Assembly (NCBI GenBank): GCA_031370785.1
Contig: JANMQY010000058.1
Coordinates: forward strand, 91,213 to 155,212
From: Candidatus Eiseniibacteriota bacterium
GTDB taxonomy: Bacteria; Eisenbacteria; RBG-16-71-46
DNA: 64,000 nt
Direction: 5' to 3'
Shown piece after piece: positions 20,266 through 29,163 of this stretch. The stretch's first letter is position 1. Each line of letters opens with the position of its first letter. The notes beneath the pieces are model-generated. The model was not told the origin of the DNA. It searched no databases and saw only the letters and a program-made list of their open reading frames with translations. The translations under genes were made by a program, and so were the position numbers.

Positions 20266-20933
20266 GCGTCGCCGCCGCTCCGCTCGCGGTGTGCGCGCTC
20301 TCGCTCGAGGCTCGCTCGCTCGCGCATCGCTACGGGAGCCGCCGCGCGCTCGAGCGCATCGACTTCACGCTCGAGGGCAACGGGGTCACCGCGGTGACCG
20401 GACCGAACGGCTCGGGCAAGAGCACGCTGCTTCGCATCATCGCAGGACTCCTCCGCCCGAGCGAGGGTGAGGCGCGGCTCGCGGTTCACGGGCGAACGCT
20501 CTGCGCGGGAGAGAGGCGCCTGGGCGTCGGTCTGGCTGCGCCCGAGATGGCGTTCTACGAGGAGCTGAGCGTTGAGGAGAACCTGCGCTTCGCCGCCGAG
20601 GCCCGCGCGCTGAGCGGCGCGGCGGCGCGGGTCGCGACCGCGCTCCAGCGGGTCGGGCTCACCGCCCGTGCCGACGATCGGGTCGCGGCGCTGTCGAGCG
20701 GCATGCAGCAGCGCCTGCGCGTGGCGTTCGCGATCCTGCACGCGCCGCCGCTGCTGCTGCTCGACGAGCCGGGCGGGCACCTGGACGACGAGGGCCGCGC
20801 CGCGATCGAGCGCGTCATTGCCGAACATGCGCAGAGCGGTCACGTGCTGCTGGCCACCAACGACGAAAGGGAGTGGCGACTTGCCGGGCGACGCATCCCG
20901 CTCCGCGGCCGCGGTCTGGGCGATCCTTCGTAA
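20262..20933 (+). CDS. ccmA: Heme exporter ABC ATPase CcmA
   Basis: GPNGSGKST, LSSGMQQR, LLDEP. First gene of the ccm cluster. Confidence 0.85.
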   Translation: MSVAAAPLAVCALSLEARSLAHRYGSRRALERIDFTLEGNGVTAVTGPNGSGKSTLLRIIAGLLRPSEGEARLAVHGRTLCAGERRLGVGLAAPEMAFYEELSVEENLRFAAEARALSGAAARVATALQRVGLTARADDRVAALSSGMQQRLRVAFAILHAPPLLLLDEPGGHLDDEGRAAIERVIAEHAQSGHVLLATNDEREWRLAGRRIPLRGRGLGDPS

Positions 20934-21555
20934 GGAATGCCGCAGCGAGTGGCGCACACGCTGGGGGCTCAATGCCGCATTGCTGTTTTCGGTGACGACC
21001 CTGACCGCGGTGAGCTTCGCGGTCGGACGCATGCCGGATCGGTCCGACGTGCTTTCCGCGCTGCTGTGGATCGTGCTGCTGTTCGCCTCCCTGGCTTCAC
21101 TCGCGCATGCGTTCGTGCGCGAGGTCGAGGGCCACACTCTGAGTGTGCTCAGGCTGGTCGCCTCACCGACCGAGATCGCGCTCGGGAAACTGCTGTTCAA
21201 TCTGGTGTTCCTGCTGGTGCTCGAGATCGTGACCGTGCCTCTGTTCCTGACGCTGATGGGTGCGCCGCCGCCGCGCTGGGGAGCGTTCACTTCGGTCCTG
21301 CTGCTCGGCACCGTGGGTCTGGCCGCGGCTGGCACGCTGATCGGCGCGCTCATCGCGCAGACCCGGAGCCGGGGCGCGCTGTTCGCTGCGGTGTCGCTGC
21401 CGCTGCTCCTTCCGGTGCTCGCGGCGGCGGTGAGCGGCACGCGCGCGCAGTGGGCGGGCGGCGCGATCGACGCGCAGGTCCGCATGCTCGCGTCCTACGC
21501 GCTCGGCGTCATCGCGGTGAGCCTGATGCTCTACGACCATCTGTGGGAGGAGTGA
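20881..21555 (+). CDS. ccmB: Heme exporter permease CcmB
   Basis: AILRKECRSEWR, FVREVEG.TL..L, LPLLLPVL. Start (TTG) approximate. Confidence 0.87.
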   Translation: MPGDASRSAAAVWAILRKECRSEWRTRWGLNAALLFSVTTLTAVSFAVGRMPDRSDVLSALLWIVLLFASLASLAHAFVREVEGHTLSVLRLVASPTEIALGKLLFNLVFLLVLEIVTVPLFLTLMGAPPPRWGAFTSVLLLGTVGLAAAGTLIGALIAQTRSRGALFAAVSLPLLLPVLAAAVSGTRAQWAGGAIDAQVRMLASYALGVIAVSLMLYDHLWEE

Positions 21556-21556
21556 C

Positions 21557-22210
21557 GTGATCGCGAGGGCCCTGCTGTTCGTGTGGATCGCGTGCGCCAT
21601 CACTGCGGGTTTCCTGTGGGCGCCGCTGGTGCCCGTGCTCGGAGAAACCACGCGGGTGTTCTACTTCCACTTTCCGGCGGCGCTGGTGACCTGCCTCGCG
21701 CTCGGCTGGTCGATGGTGCACAGCGTGCTGTATCTTCGGTCGCGCGATCTCGTTCACGACGATCATGCGGCGGCCGCAGCCGAGCTGGGGCTGCTGTTCT
21801 GCGTCGCTGCGACGGTCAGCGGCTCGATGTGGGCGAAGGCGATGTGGGGCGCCTACTGGAACTGGGATCCGCGCGAGACGTCGATCTTCTTCCTGATGCT
21901 GATCTACGGAGCCTATCTCGCGCTTCGCGCCAGCATCGAGGATCCGGTGCGCCGGGCGCGGCTCGCCGCGATCTATTCGTCGATCGCGTTCGTGGCCGTG
22001 CCGTTTCTCGTGTTCGTGGTGCCGCGCATCTACTTCTCGCTGCATCCGGACCCGCTGATCAACGCACGCGGCAAGCCGGACATGGACTGGCGTATCATGG
22101 TGTCCGCGGGCGCGATGTTGGTGGGGTTCACCGCGCTGTTCTTCTGGATGCTGACCTTGCGGGTGCGCGTGGGACGGCTCGCGCGCAGGCTCGAGGACGA
22201 GGCGGCGTGA
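21557..22210 (+). CDS. ccmC: Heme exporter/cytochrome c biogenesis protein CcmC
   Basis: FYFHFP, WWD-type motif GSMWAKAMWGAYWNWDPRET, SLHP. Confidence 0.92.
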   Translation: MIARALLFVWIACAITAGFLWAPLVPVLGETTRVFYFHFPAALVTCLALGWSMVHSVLYLRSRDLVHDDHAAAAAELGLLFCVAATVSGSMWAKAMWGAYWNWDPRETSIFFLMLIYGAYLALRASIEDPVRRARLAAIYSSIAFVAVPFLVFVVPRIYFSLHPDPLINARGKPDMDWRIMVSAGAMLVGFTALFFWMLTLRVRVGRLARRLEDEAA

Positions 22211-22229
22211 GCCGCGTGAGGAGCGAGGG

Positions 22230-22337
22230 TTGAGCGGAAACCTGGTGGTGCTGGGAGTCGCCCTGCTGGTGTGGGGCCTGCTGTTCCTGTATCTCATCCG
22301 TCTGGAGCGCCGCATCCAGGACTTGGAGAAGTCATGA
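22230..22337 (+). CDS. ccmD: CcmD-like small membrane protein (35 aa, not in the ORF track)
   Basis: TTG start, MSGNLVVLGVALLVWGLLFLYLIRLERRIQDLEKS: one TM helix plus a charged tail. Lies between ccmC and ccmE with ATGA overlap to ccmE. Confidence 0.8.
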   Translation: MSGNLVVLGVALLVWGLLFLYLIRLERRIQDLEKS

Positions 22338-22723
22338 ACATCAAGCTGGTGCTGGCGATGGTGCTGCTCGCGGTGGCGGTCGGAATCGGTGTGACCAGCT
22401 TCCAGAAATCGGTCACTCCCTACATCTCGTTCGCCGAGGCGCGCCACACCACGGGACTGGTGCAGGTCAACGGAGTGCTCGCCGACAAGAACTACGTGCT
22501 CAAGCCCGACGAGCAGTTCCTCGAGTTCAGGCTCAAGGACGCGAAGAGCGAAGTGATGGACGTGAAGTATCGCGGAGTGATCCCCGGCAACTTCGACCAG
22601 GCGGTCTCGGTGGTGGCGATCGGCCGCTATCAGGGCGATCACTTCGAGGCCGAGCAGCTGCTGGTCAAGTGCCCATCCAAGTATCAGGCGGAGGCCGAGC
22701 GGCAGCAGGGGAAGACTTCGTGA
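22334..22723 (+). CDS. ccmE: Heme chaperone CcmE, CxxxY variant
   Basis: N-terminal TM, YRGVIPGNF, C-terminal LVKCPSKY. Confidence 0.92.
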   Translation: MNIKLVLAMVLLAVAVGIGVTSFQKSVTPYISFAEARHTTGLVQVNGVLADKNYVLKPDEQFLEFRLKDAKSEVMDVKYRGVIPGNFDQAVSVVAIGRYQGDHFEAEQLLVKCPSKYQAEAERQQGKTS

Positions 22724-24999
22724 CCCTTCGCCCGCTGCTGCGGGGCGTCGGGTTGCTGATCGCCCTTTCGGTAGTGCCGGCGGCGCTGAGCGCGGCCGGC
22801 GCGCTCAACCCGGGACAGGCCATCACCTGGGTCGCGTTCCTCGCCTCCCTGGTGGCCGCGCTCGGATTCCTGGCCGCGACCGGCGGGCGCGAGGGCGCAC
22901 TGCCGATCGCGCGCACCGCGTACCGCATCCAGTGGTTCGCCTACCTCGCCGGAGCCGCCTACCTCTGGCAGATCCTGTTCGCTCACGACTTCCGCTTCCA
23001 GTACGTGGCCTCCTACTCCTCGCTTGCCATGCCGGCGCGCTACGTCTACGCGGCGTTCTGGGGTGGGCAGGAGGGCACCTTCATGCTGTGGGCGCTCATC
23101 ACCTGCACCCTGGGCCTGGTGCTGCTGCGGGTGAAGCATGGGCTGACCGTGCCGGCGATGTTCTTCTTGAACCTGCCGCTGGTCATGCTCGGGCTGGTCA
23201 CCGTGATGCGCGGGCCGTTCCTCGAGTTTCCGGCCGCGCGCATACCGCTCGACGGCAATGGGTTGAATCCGCTGCTGCAGGACCCGTGGATGACGATTCA
23301 TCCGCCGGTGCTGTTCACCGGATTCTCGTCCCTGGTCGTGCCGTTCGCGATCGCGATGGCGGCGCTGGTGAAGCGCGAGTACGACGCGTGGATCAAGCTG
23401 GCGCTGCCGTGGGTCGTGCTCAGCGCCGCAGTGCTGTCCATGGGATTCATCATGGGCGGGGTATGGGCGTACAAGGTGCTGGGCTGGGGAGGCTACTGGG
23501 GCTGGGATCCGGTCGAGAACGGCTCGCTGATTCCGTGGCTCTCGAACATCGCGCTGCTGCACGGGCTGCTGGTTCAGCGCGTGACCGGAAGCCTTCGCCG
23601 GACCAACTTCTTCCTCGCGATCACCTCGTACGTGCTGGTGCTGTACGCCTCGTTCCTGACCCGCAGCGGTGTGCTCGCGGATTTCTCCGTGCACTCGTTC
23701 GTGAACCTCGGGCTCAACGGGTTCCTGCTCACCTTCCTCGGAACGATCGCGGTGGTCGGCTATGGAACGCTGCTGTGGCGCCTGCGCGACATCCCGGCGC
23801 CGAAGCAACCGCTCGGAAACTTCTCGCGCGAGTCCATGATGTGGCTCGGACAGCTGGTGTTCATGCTGATGTGCGCGCTGACCGCGGTCGGCATGAGTGC
23901 GCCGCTGCTCACCCGGCTGTTCGGTCCGCCCTCCAACGTGCAGACCTCGTACTACAACCTGGTGAACGCGCCGCTGGCGATCGCGATGGGCCTGCTGCTC
24001 GGCATCGCTCCACTGATGCGCTGGCGCGAGCACGAGCCGCGCGCGTTGCTGCGCGCGGCGCTTCCCTCGCTGGTGATCGCGCTGCTGGTGACGCTCACCG
24101 CGATCGCGATGGGAATGCGCGAGGCGATTCCGGCGCTGGTGGTGTTCGGCGCGGCGTTCGCGCTCGCCTCCAACGCGGTGGTGACGGTTCGTGGCTTCCG
24201 CGCCGGGTGGAAGCATGGCGTCGCCTTTCTCGGGCACATGGGGGTCGCGCTGCTGCTGATCGGCGTGGTCGCATCGTCGCACTACGGCAACGCGGTGCAG
24301 GTTCAACTGCCGCGTGGCGAGCAGCGCTCGGCGCTCGGCTACCGCCTGACCTATCAGGGCGTGCGGCAGGAGAGCGATGGGAAGAACCGGGTGATGATCG
24401 CGGTGGATGCGCCGGAGCGGAAGTTCGAGGCGGTGCCCGCGCTCTACTGGAGTCCGTTCAACCAGGGCTACATGAAGAAGCCGCACATCGAGCGCTTCCT
24501 CACCCACGACATCTACATCTCGCCGCTCGAGATGGTGGGCGAGGGCGACGACGCGGCAGGCGCGGTGTGGCTGGCGAAGGGCGAGAGCCGCAAGATCGGG
24601 CAGGTCACCTACACGTTCGTGGATTTCGATCCGCAGATGGGCGAGGTGGTGCGGATCGCGGCGCGGCTGCGTGCGGAGATCGGCGGGCGCACCGTTCCCG
24701 TCCGGCCGGTGCTCGAGATGAACCTGAAGACCGGCACCCGCAACTCGATCCCGGACTACCTGCCGGGCGGCGGCTCGGTCGAGATCGTGAAGGTCGATCC
24801 CAACACCGGGCGGGTCGCGTTGAACCTGCCTGGCGCCGCGTCCACGGCGCACCCGGCCGATGTGCTCGCGGTCGAAGTGAGCACCAAGCCGCTCATCAAT
24901 CTGGTCTGGCTGGGGGCCATCGTGATGCTGGTCAGCACGTTCCTGAGTGTTGCGCGCCGTGCGATGGATCTGGGGGAAAAGCGATCCGCGCGCACTTGA
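22720..24999 (+). CDS. ccmF: Cytochrome c synthase/heme lyase CcmF
   Basis: WGGQEG, GLNPLLQ, IHPP, WAY.VLGWGGYWGWDPVEN, TRSG...SVHSF, KPLINLVWLG. Confidence 0.95.
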   Translation: MTLRPLLRGVGLLIALSVVPAALSAAGALNPGQAITWVAFLASLVAALGFLAATGGREGALPIARTAYRIQWFAYLAGAAYLWQILFAHDFRFQYVASYSSLAMPARYVYAAFWGGQEGTFMLWALITCTLGLVLLRVKHGLTVPAMFFLNLPLVMLGLVTVMRGPFLEFPAARIPLDGNGLNPLLQDPWMTIHPPVLFTGFSSLVVPFAIAMAALVKREYDAWIKLALPWVVLSAAVLSMGFIMGGVWAYKVLGWGGYWGWDPVENGSLIPWLSNIALLHGLLVQRVTGSLRRTNFFLAITSYVLVLYASFLTRSGVLADFSVHSFVNLGLNGFLLTFLGTIAVVGYGTLLWRLRDIPAPKQPLGNFSRESMMWLGQLVFMLMCALTAVGMSAPLLTRLFGPPSNVQTSYYNLVNAPLAIAMGLLLGIAPLMRWREHEPRALLRAALPSLVIALLVTLTAIAMGMREAIPALVVFGAAFALASNAVVTVRGFRAGWKHGVAFLGHMGVALLLIGVVASSHYGNAVQVQLPRGEQRSALGYRLTYQGVRQESDGKNRVMIAVDAPERKFEAVPALYWSPFNQGYMKKPHIERFLTHDIYISPLEMVGEGDDAAGAVWLAKGESRKIGQVTYTFVDFDPQMGEVVRIAARLRAEIGGRTVPVRPVLEMNLKTGTRNSIPDYLPGGGSVEIVKVDPNTGRVALNLPGAASTAHPADVLAVEVSTKPLINLVWLGAIVMLVSTFLSVARRAMDLGEKRSART

Positions 25000-25135
25000 A
25001 GCTGCACAGTGGAGTATCATGCCGGTCGGCTCCCCCCGATTTCCTTGGCCGGCGTGCGGTTTGCCGAAATTCGCCGCATCCCGGAGTGGCCTCATGCAAT
25101 CCAAACCCATCGTGCATCCCATTGTCTCGGGCGCT

Positions 25136-26119
25136 ATGCGAATCAAGGATCCCGCCGGGCGTGTCCTGATCGTCGAAGATGACGAGCAGGTTCGCACGCT
25201 CCTCGCCTACCTGCTCGGCCAGAGCGGCTACGCGGCGATCACCGCCGAATCCGGCGAAGAGGCGCTCGAGCGCATGAACGAGTCCGCGCCGGATCTCGTG
25301 CTGCTCGATGTCCATCTCCCCGGGCTCAGCGGCCACGAAATCCTGAGGCAGATCCGCGCGCGCGAGCACGGCCAGCTGCTCCCGGTCGTGATGATGACCG
25401 GCTGGGTGAGCCGCCAGGAAAAGCTGGAGGCGATCGCCGCCGGTGTCACCGACTTCATCGTGAAACCATTCGATCCCGAAGAGATGGTGGCGCGCGTGCG
25501 ATCACTGGTGCGGCTCAAGGGTCTGACCGACGTGCTCGAAGAAGCGACCGAGGTGGTCATCGCACTGGCCAAGAGCATCGATGCGCGCGATGCCTACACC
25601 GCCGGGCACAGCGAACGGGTTTCATTCTTCGCAACCATGCTCGGCGAGCGGGTCGGACTGTCCGAGACCGATCTCAGGGTGGTGCGCGAGGGCGGGCTGT
25701 TCCACGACATCGGGAAGATCGCGATGCGAGACTCGATCCTGCACAAGGGCGGACCGCTCAGCGCCGTCGAGTACGAGGAGATCAAGCGCCATCCGGTGCT
25801 GGGGCGCGACCTGATCGGCCACATGAAGACCCTGGCTCCGACACTGCCGGTGGTCTATCACCATCACGAGCACTGCGACGGATCCGGTTATCCGGATGGA
25901 ATCACGGCCGAGGCCATTCCGCTCATGGCGCGCATCACCTCGGTGGCCGACATCTACGACGGCATGACCTCGCAGCGTCCCTACCGGCGCGCGATGCAGC
26001 GCGACGAAGCGATCGGGATCATGCGTGGCGAGGTAAAGAAGGGGTGGTGGGATCCGGAGCTCGTGGACGAGTTCTGCGGCATGATGGGGGAGATGACCGA
26101 GGCGCATATCGTCGGCTGA
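25136..26119 (+). CDS. Response regulator with HD-GYP cyclic-dinucleotide phosphodiesterase domain
   Basis: REC (VEDD, LLD, KPF) plus GHSERV, FHDIGK, HHHE..DGSGYP, RPYR. Start uncertain (25094 possible). Confidence 0.9.
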   Translation: MRIKDPAGRVLIVEDDEQVRTLLAYLLGQSGYAAITAESGEEALERMNESAPDLVLLDVHLPGLSGHEILRQIRAREHGQLLPVVMMTGWVSRQEKLEAIAAGVTDFIVKPFDPEEMVARVRSLVRLKGLTDVLEEATEVVIALAKSIDARDAYTAGHSERVSFFATMLGERVGLSETDLRVVREGGLFHDIGKIAMRDSILHKGGPLSAVEYEEIKRHPVLGRDLIGHMKTLAPTLPVVYHHHEHCDGSGYPDGITAEAIPLMARITSVADIYDGMTSQRPYRRAMQRDEAIGIMRGEVKKGWWDPELVDEFCGMMGEMTEAHIVG

Positions 26120-26178
26120 GCTCCTGGGGCGTGAAGCAGGCGGCGCGGGAGGCAGGCCCGGATCGTGAATGAGAATCG

Positions 26179-26208
26179 GGCGGGCGCATTCTGGCGCCGG
26201 CCTTTTTT
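26179..26208 (+). terminator. Rho-independent terminator after the HD-GYP gene
   Basis: GGCGGGCGC/GCGCCGGCC stem (one mismatch) followed by T6. Confidence 0.6.
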
Positions 26209-26213
26209 CTTGC

Positions 26214-26242
26214 TTGGCGTGTGCACGTTTGTGCAGTAGGCT
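26214..26242 (+). promoter_or_regulatory. Promoter (TTGGCG-17-TAGGCT) with a palindromic putative SOS box TGCAC-N4-GTGCA (26222-26235) in the spacer
   Basis: Perfect TGCACgtttGTGCA palindrome matching the Fibrobacter-type LexA motif TGCNC-N4-GTGCA, upstream of a dinB operon. Confidence 0.7.
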
Positions 26243-26264
26243 GCGTCGTGGTGCCGGAACCTTC

Positions 26265-26513
26265 ATGTTCGAATCGCTCAACGATCCCGTGGACGTGCTG
26301 ACCGCATTCGTCGAGGGCAGGGTGGAGCCTCTGCGCTTTCGCTGGAAAGGGCGGGTGGTGCGCGTGACCCGGATCACCGGACGCTGGACAAGGCGGGAAG
26401 GCCAGGCCCGGATCCAGTGCTTCGCGGTCGAGAACTCCGCGGCGGACAGCTACGAGCTGTGCTACGACCCGCGCGGTCAGCGCTGGCTGCTGAGCCGGGC
26501 ATGGATGAAGTGA
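26265..26513 (+). CDS. Small beta-rich protein, DUF6504/ImuB-C-terminal-like
   Basis: 82 aa, P..FRWKGR..RV..I..RW......F.V......YEL.YD....RW.L pattern. First gene of the dinB cassette. Confidence 0.7.
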   Translation: MFESLNDPVDVLTAFVEGRVEPLRFRWKGRVVRVTRITGRWTRREGQARIQCFAVENSAADSYELCYDPRGQRWLLSRAWMK

Positions 26514-26529
26514 GGGAGGAGCGCGCGCG

Positions 26530-27762
26530 ATGATCCTGCTGGTGGACATGGATGCGTTCTTTGCATCGGTCGAGCAGGCGCACCATCCGCAGCTGCGCGG
26601 ACGCCCGCTGATCGTGTGCGGAGATCCTTCGCGACGCGGAGTGGTGACCGCGGCTTCCTACGAAGCGCGACCGTTCGGGGTGCGCGCCGGAATGCCGCTC
26701 GCCGAAGCGCGCCGGCTCTGCCCGGACGCCGAATACGTGGAGGGAAATCCCGAGAAGTACGTCGCGCTCTCGCTGCGCCTGCTCGACCTGTACCTCACCT
26801 TCACGCCCGATGTCGAGCCGTTCAGCGTAGACGAGGCGTTCGTGGGGCTCGACCGGCGGCTCTCGCTCGAGGAAGCGTCCACGGTCGCGCGCCGCATCCA
26901 GAAGGAGATCGACGAACGCTTTCAGCTCGGCGCCTCGATTGGCGTCGGCCCCAACAAACTGATCGCCAAGATGGCCTCGGGAGTGAACAAGCCGCGTGGT
27001 CTGACCGCGCTCGATGAGGATGGATTCTGTCGCGCGTTCTGGTCGCGCGACGTGCAGGAGATGTGGGGTGTGGGACCCAGGCTCGCCGAGCGCATGCGGT
27101 CACTCGGGATCGAGACCGTCGGCGGACTGGCCCACGCCCCCGAAGTGACGCTCAAGGCTGCCTTCGGCGTGATCGGTCCGCAACTGCGCAAGGCGGCGTG
27201 GGGGCGCGACGACACGCCGCTCGTGCCCTACACCCAAGGCGTCGACGCGAAATCCACGGGTCACGAGGTCACGCTCGAGCGCGACAGCCGCGATCCCACG
27301 TTCCTCGATGGGACTCTTCTTCGGCTCTCGGACCAGGTCGGGAGGCGCCTGAGGGGGGAAGGCTATGTCGGGCGCACCGTGACCCTCAAGCTGCGCAACG
27401 AGAAATTCGAAACCATCACCCGGCAGCGCGCACTGGCCGGGTCCACCGCGGACCACCAGCGCATCTACGAGGTCGCGCGCGCGCTCTTCGCCGAGTACTG
27501 GCGTGGCGATGCGGTGCGCCTGATCGGAGTGAGCGTGTCGAGCCTCGCGCGATCGGGCGGCGCCGATCAGGTCGAGCTGTTCGAGGGCGATCGGCGCGAT
27601 CGAAAGCTGACCGAAGCGCTGGATGGCATCCGCGACCGGCTGGGCGAAGCGAGCGTGGTTCCCGCCGGATCGCTCACTCATCGCCACGAACTCGGCCACG
27701 TGCCGTTCGGAGCGCTGTCGGGAGCGGTCGCGATTCGCTCACGCAAGCGTCCTGTCCGATGA
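26530..27762 (+). CDS. dinB: DNA polymerase IV (Y family)
   Basis: VDMDAFFASVE, AASYEAR.FGV.AGMP, SVDEAF, NKLIAKMAS...KP.G, clamp-type motif QVELF. GGAGG RBS. Confidence 0.93.
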   Translation: MILLVDMDAFFASVEQAHHPQLRGRPLIVCGDPSRRGVVTAASYEARPFGVRAGMPLAEARRLCPDAEYVEGNPEKYVALSLRLLDLYLTFTPDVEPFSVDEAFVGLDRRLSLEEASTVARRIQKEIDERFQLGASIGVGPNKLIAKMASGVNKPRGLTALDEDGFCRAFWSRDVQEMWGVGPRLAERMRSLGIETVGGLAHAPEVTLKAAFGVIGPQLRKAAWGRDDTPLVPYTQGVDAKSTGHEVTLERDSRDPTFLDGTLLRLSDQVGRRLRGEGYVGRTVTLKLRNEKFETITRQRALAGSTADHQRIYEVARALFAEYWRGDAVRLIGVSVSSLARSGGADQVELFEGDRRDRKLTEALDGIRDRLGEASVVPAGSLTHRHELGHVPFGALSGAVAIRSRKRPVR

Positions 27763-28613
27763 GCGAGGTCTCGGCCGAGCGCGGCGGGGTCACGCCACAG
27801 CCTCGAGAAGCCCGGATCCGGATCGGCACCTCGGGCTATTCGTTTCCCGACTGGGTCGGTCCGTTCTATCCGCCCGGCACGCGCTCCGGCGATTTTCTCG
27901 CCTGGTACGCGCGCCACTTCGATATCGTCGAAATCAATTCCACGTACTACGGCATTCCACACCCGCGCGTGCTCGAGCAGATGGAGCGGAAGACTCCCGA
28001 TCACTTCCGCTTCATCGCCAAGCTGCACCGCTCCATGACCCACGAGTCGAGCCTGGTTCCCTCCGCGGTCACGGAATTCCGCGCCGCTCTCGAGCCGCTG
28101 CGGGCCGCGCGCAAGCTGGATGGTCTGCTCGCCCAGTTCCCGTGGGCTTTCCGGCGAACTCCTCAGGCGCTGTCCCATCTCGAACGGCTGCGCGATGCCC
28201 TGCCCGGGGACCCGCTGTTCGTGGAGTTCCGTCACGATTCGTGGAACACCCCGGATCTCGCCCAGGTGCTGCGCGAACGTTTCCTCGGATACTGCGCGGT
28301 GGATGAGCCCAGCCTGCTTGGCCTGATGCCGCCGATCGCTCCGCTCACCGCCGATGACGCCTACGTCCGCTTCCACGGGCGCAACGCGAAGAACTGGTGG
28401 GCGTCGGGCGGACCGCGCGAGCGCGGCTCCGGCGATCGCTACGACTGGGAGTACACCGCCGCCGAGCTCGGCGAATGGGTGGAGAAGATCGCGGAGCTGT
28501 CGCGCAAGGCGCGGAGCACCTACCTGTTCTTCAACAACTGTCACGCCGGGCAGGCCGCACGCAGCGCGAAGCTCATGCAGGAGATGCTGCGCCAGCAGGG
28601 CCTTCCGGCGTGA
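27759..28613 (+). CDS. DUF72 family protein (TIM barrel)
   Basis: IGTSGYS..DW.G.FYP, VEINSTYY, QFP, VEFRH, YVRFHGRN, RYDW.Y, FNN. ATGA overlap with dinB. Confidence 0.9.
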   Translation: MSEVSAERGGVTPQPREARIRIGTSGYSFPDWVGPFYPPGTRSGDFLAWYARHFDIVEINSTYYGIPHPRVLEQMERKTPDHFRFIAKLHRSMTHESSLVPSAVTEFRAALEPLRAARKLDGLLAQFPWAFRRTPQALSHLERLRDALPGDPLFVEFRHDSWNTPDLAQVLRERFLGYCAVDEPSLLGLMPPIAPLTADDAYVRFHGRNAKNWWASGGPRERGSGDRYDWEYTAAELGEWVEKIAELSRKARSTYLFFNNCHAGQAARSAKLMQEMLRQQGLPA

Positions 28614-28713
28614 CCGCGCGCGGCGCAGCGGGAGTTGCCGGTCGCGCGGGTCCTCGGCTAGTTTCCCTGGAGGAGTGCCGTACCGCCGCCTGTCCACTGG
28701 AGACCGACAGTCC

Positions 28714-29163
28714 ATGAGCGAAGCCCCGCGTCCGCCCGCCTTCATCACCGCCCCACCCCGGCGCGTGCTCTTCCTGTGCGTGCACAACTCGGCGCGCAGC
28801 CAGATGGCCGAAGGCTTCGCGCGCGCCATGGCTCCGCCCGATTCCGCGGTCTGGAGTGCGGGCAGCGAGCCGGCGAAGGTGCATCCGCTCGCGATCGAGG
28901 TGATGAAGGAGGCGGGCATCGACATCAGCGCCCAGCGCTCGCAACGGATCGACGAGGTGCCGTGGCGCGAGGCGGACACGGTGGTCACGCTGTGCGGCGA
29001 GGCGGAGCAGGCCTGCCCGGCGGTGTCGGGCGAAGTGCGCCGTGCGTACTGGCCGCTGCCGGATCCGGCCGCCGCGCCCGAGAAGGACCGGCTCGCGGCG
29101 TTCCGCGAAACCCGCGACGAGATCCGCTGGCGGGTCTCCTCGCTGTGGCCGCGCGGAGACTAG
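28714..29163 (+). CDS. arsC: Thioredoxin-coupled arsenate reductase (LMW-PTP fold)
   Basis: FLCVHNSARSQMAE, TLC.....ACP, W.LPDP. Confidence 0.85.
   Translation: MSEAPRPPAFITAPPRRVLFLCVHNSARSQMAEGFARAMAPPDSAVWSAGSEPAKVHPLAIEVMKEAGIDISAQRSQRIDEVPWREADTVVTLCGEAEQACPAVSGEVRRAYWPLPDPAAAPEKDRLAAFRETRDEIRWRVSSLWPRGD

Noticed and set aside
26257..26270. GAAC-N6-GTTC near the DUF6504-like start as a Gram-positive-type SOS box
   Set aside because: Spacing is wrong (canonical is N4). The TGCAC-N4-GTGCA palindrome in the promoter is the better candidate.
28714..29163. arsC as part of an arsenic-resistance operon, or linked to the radical SAM pair
   Set aside because: No arsR, acr3/arsB or arsM nearby, and it lies 13 kb from the radical SAM gene.
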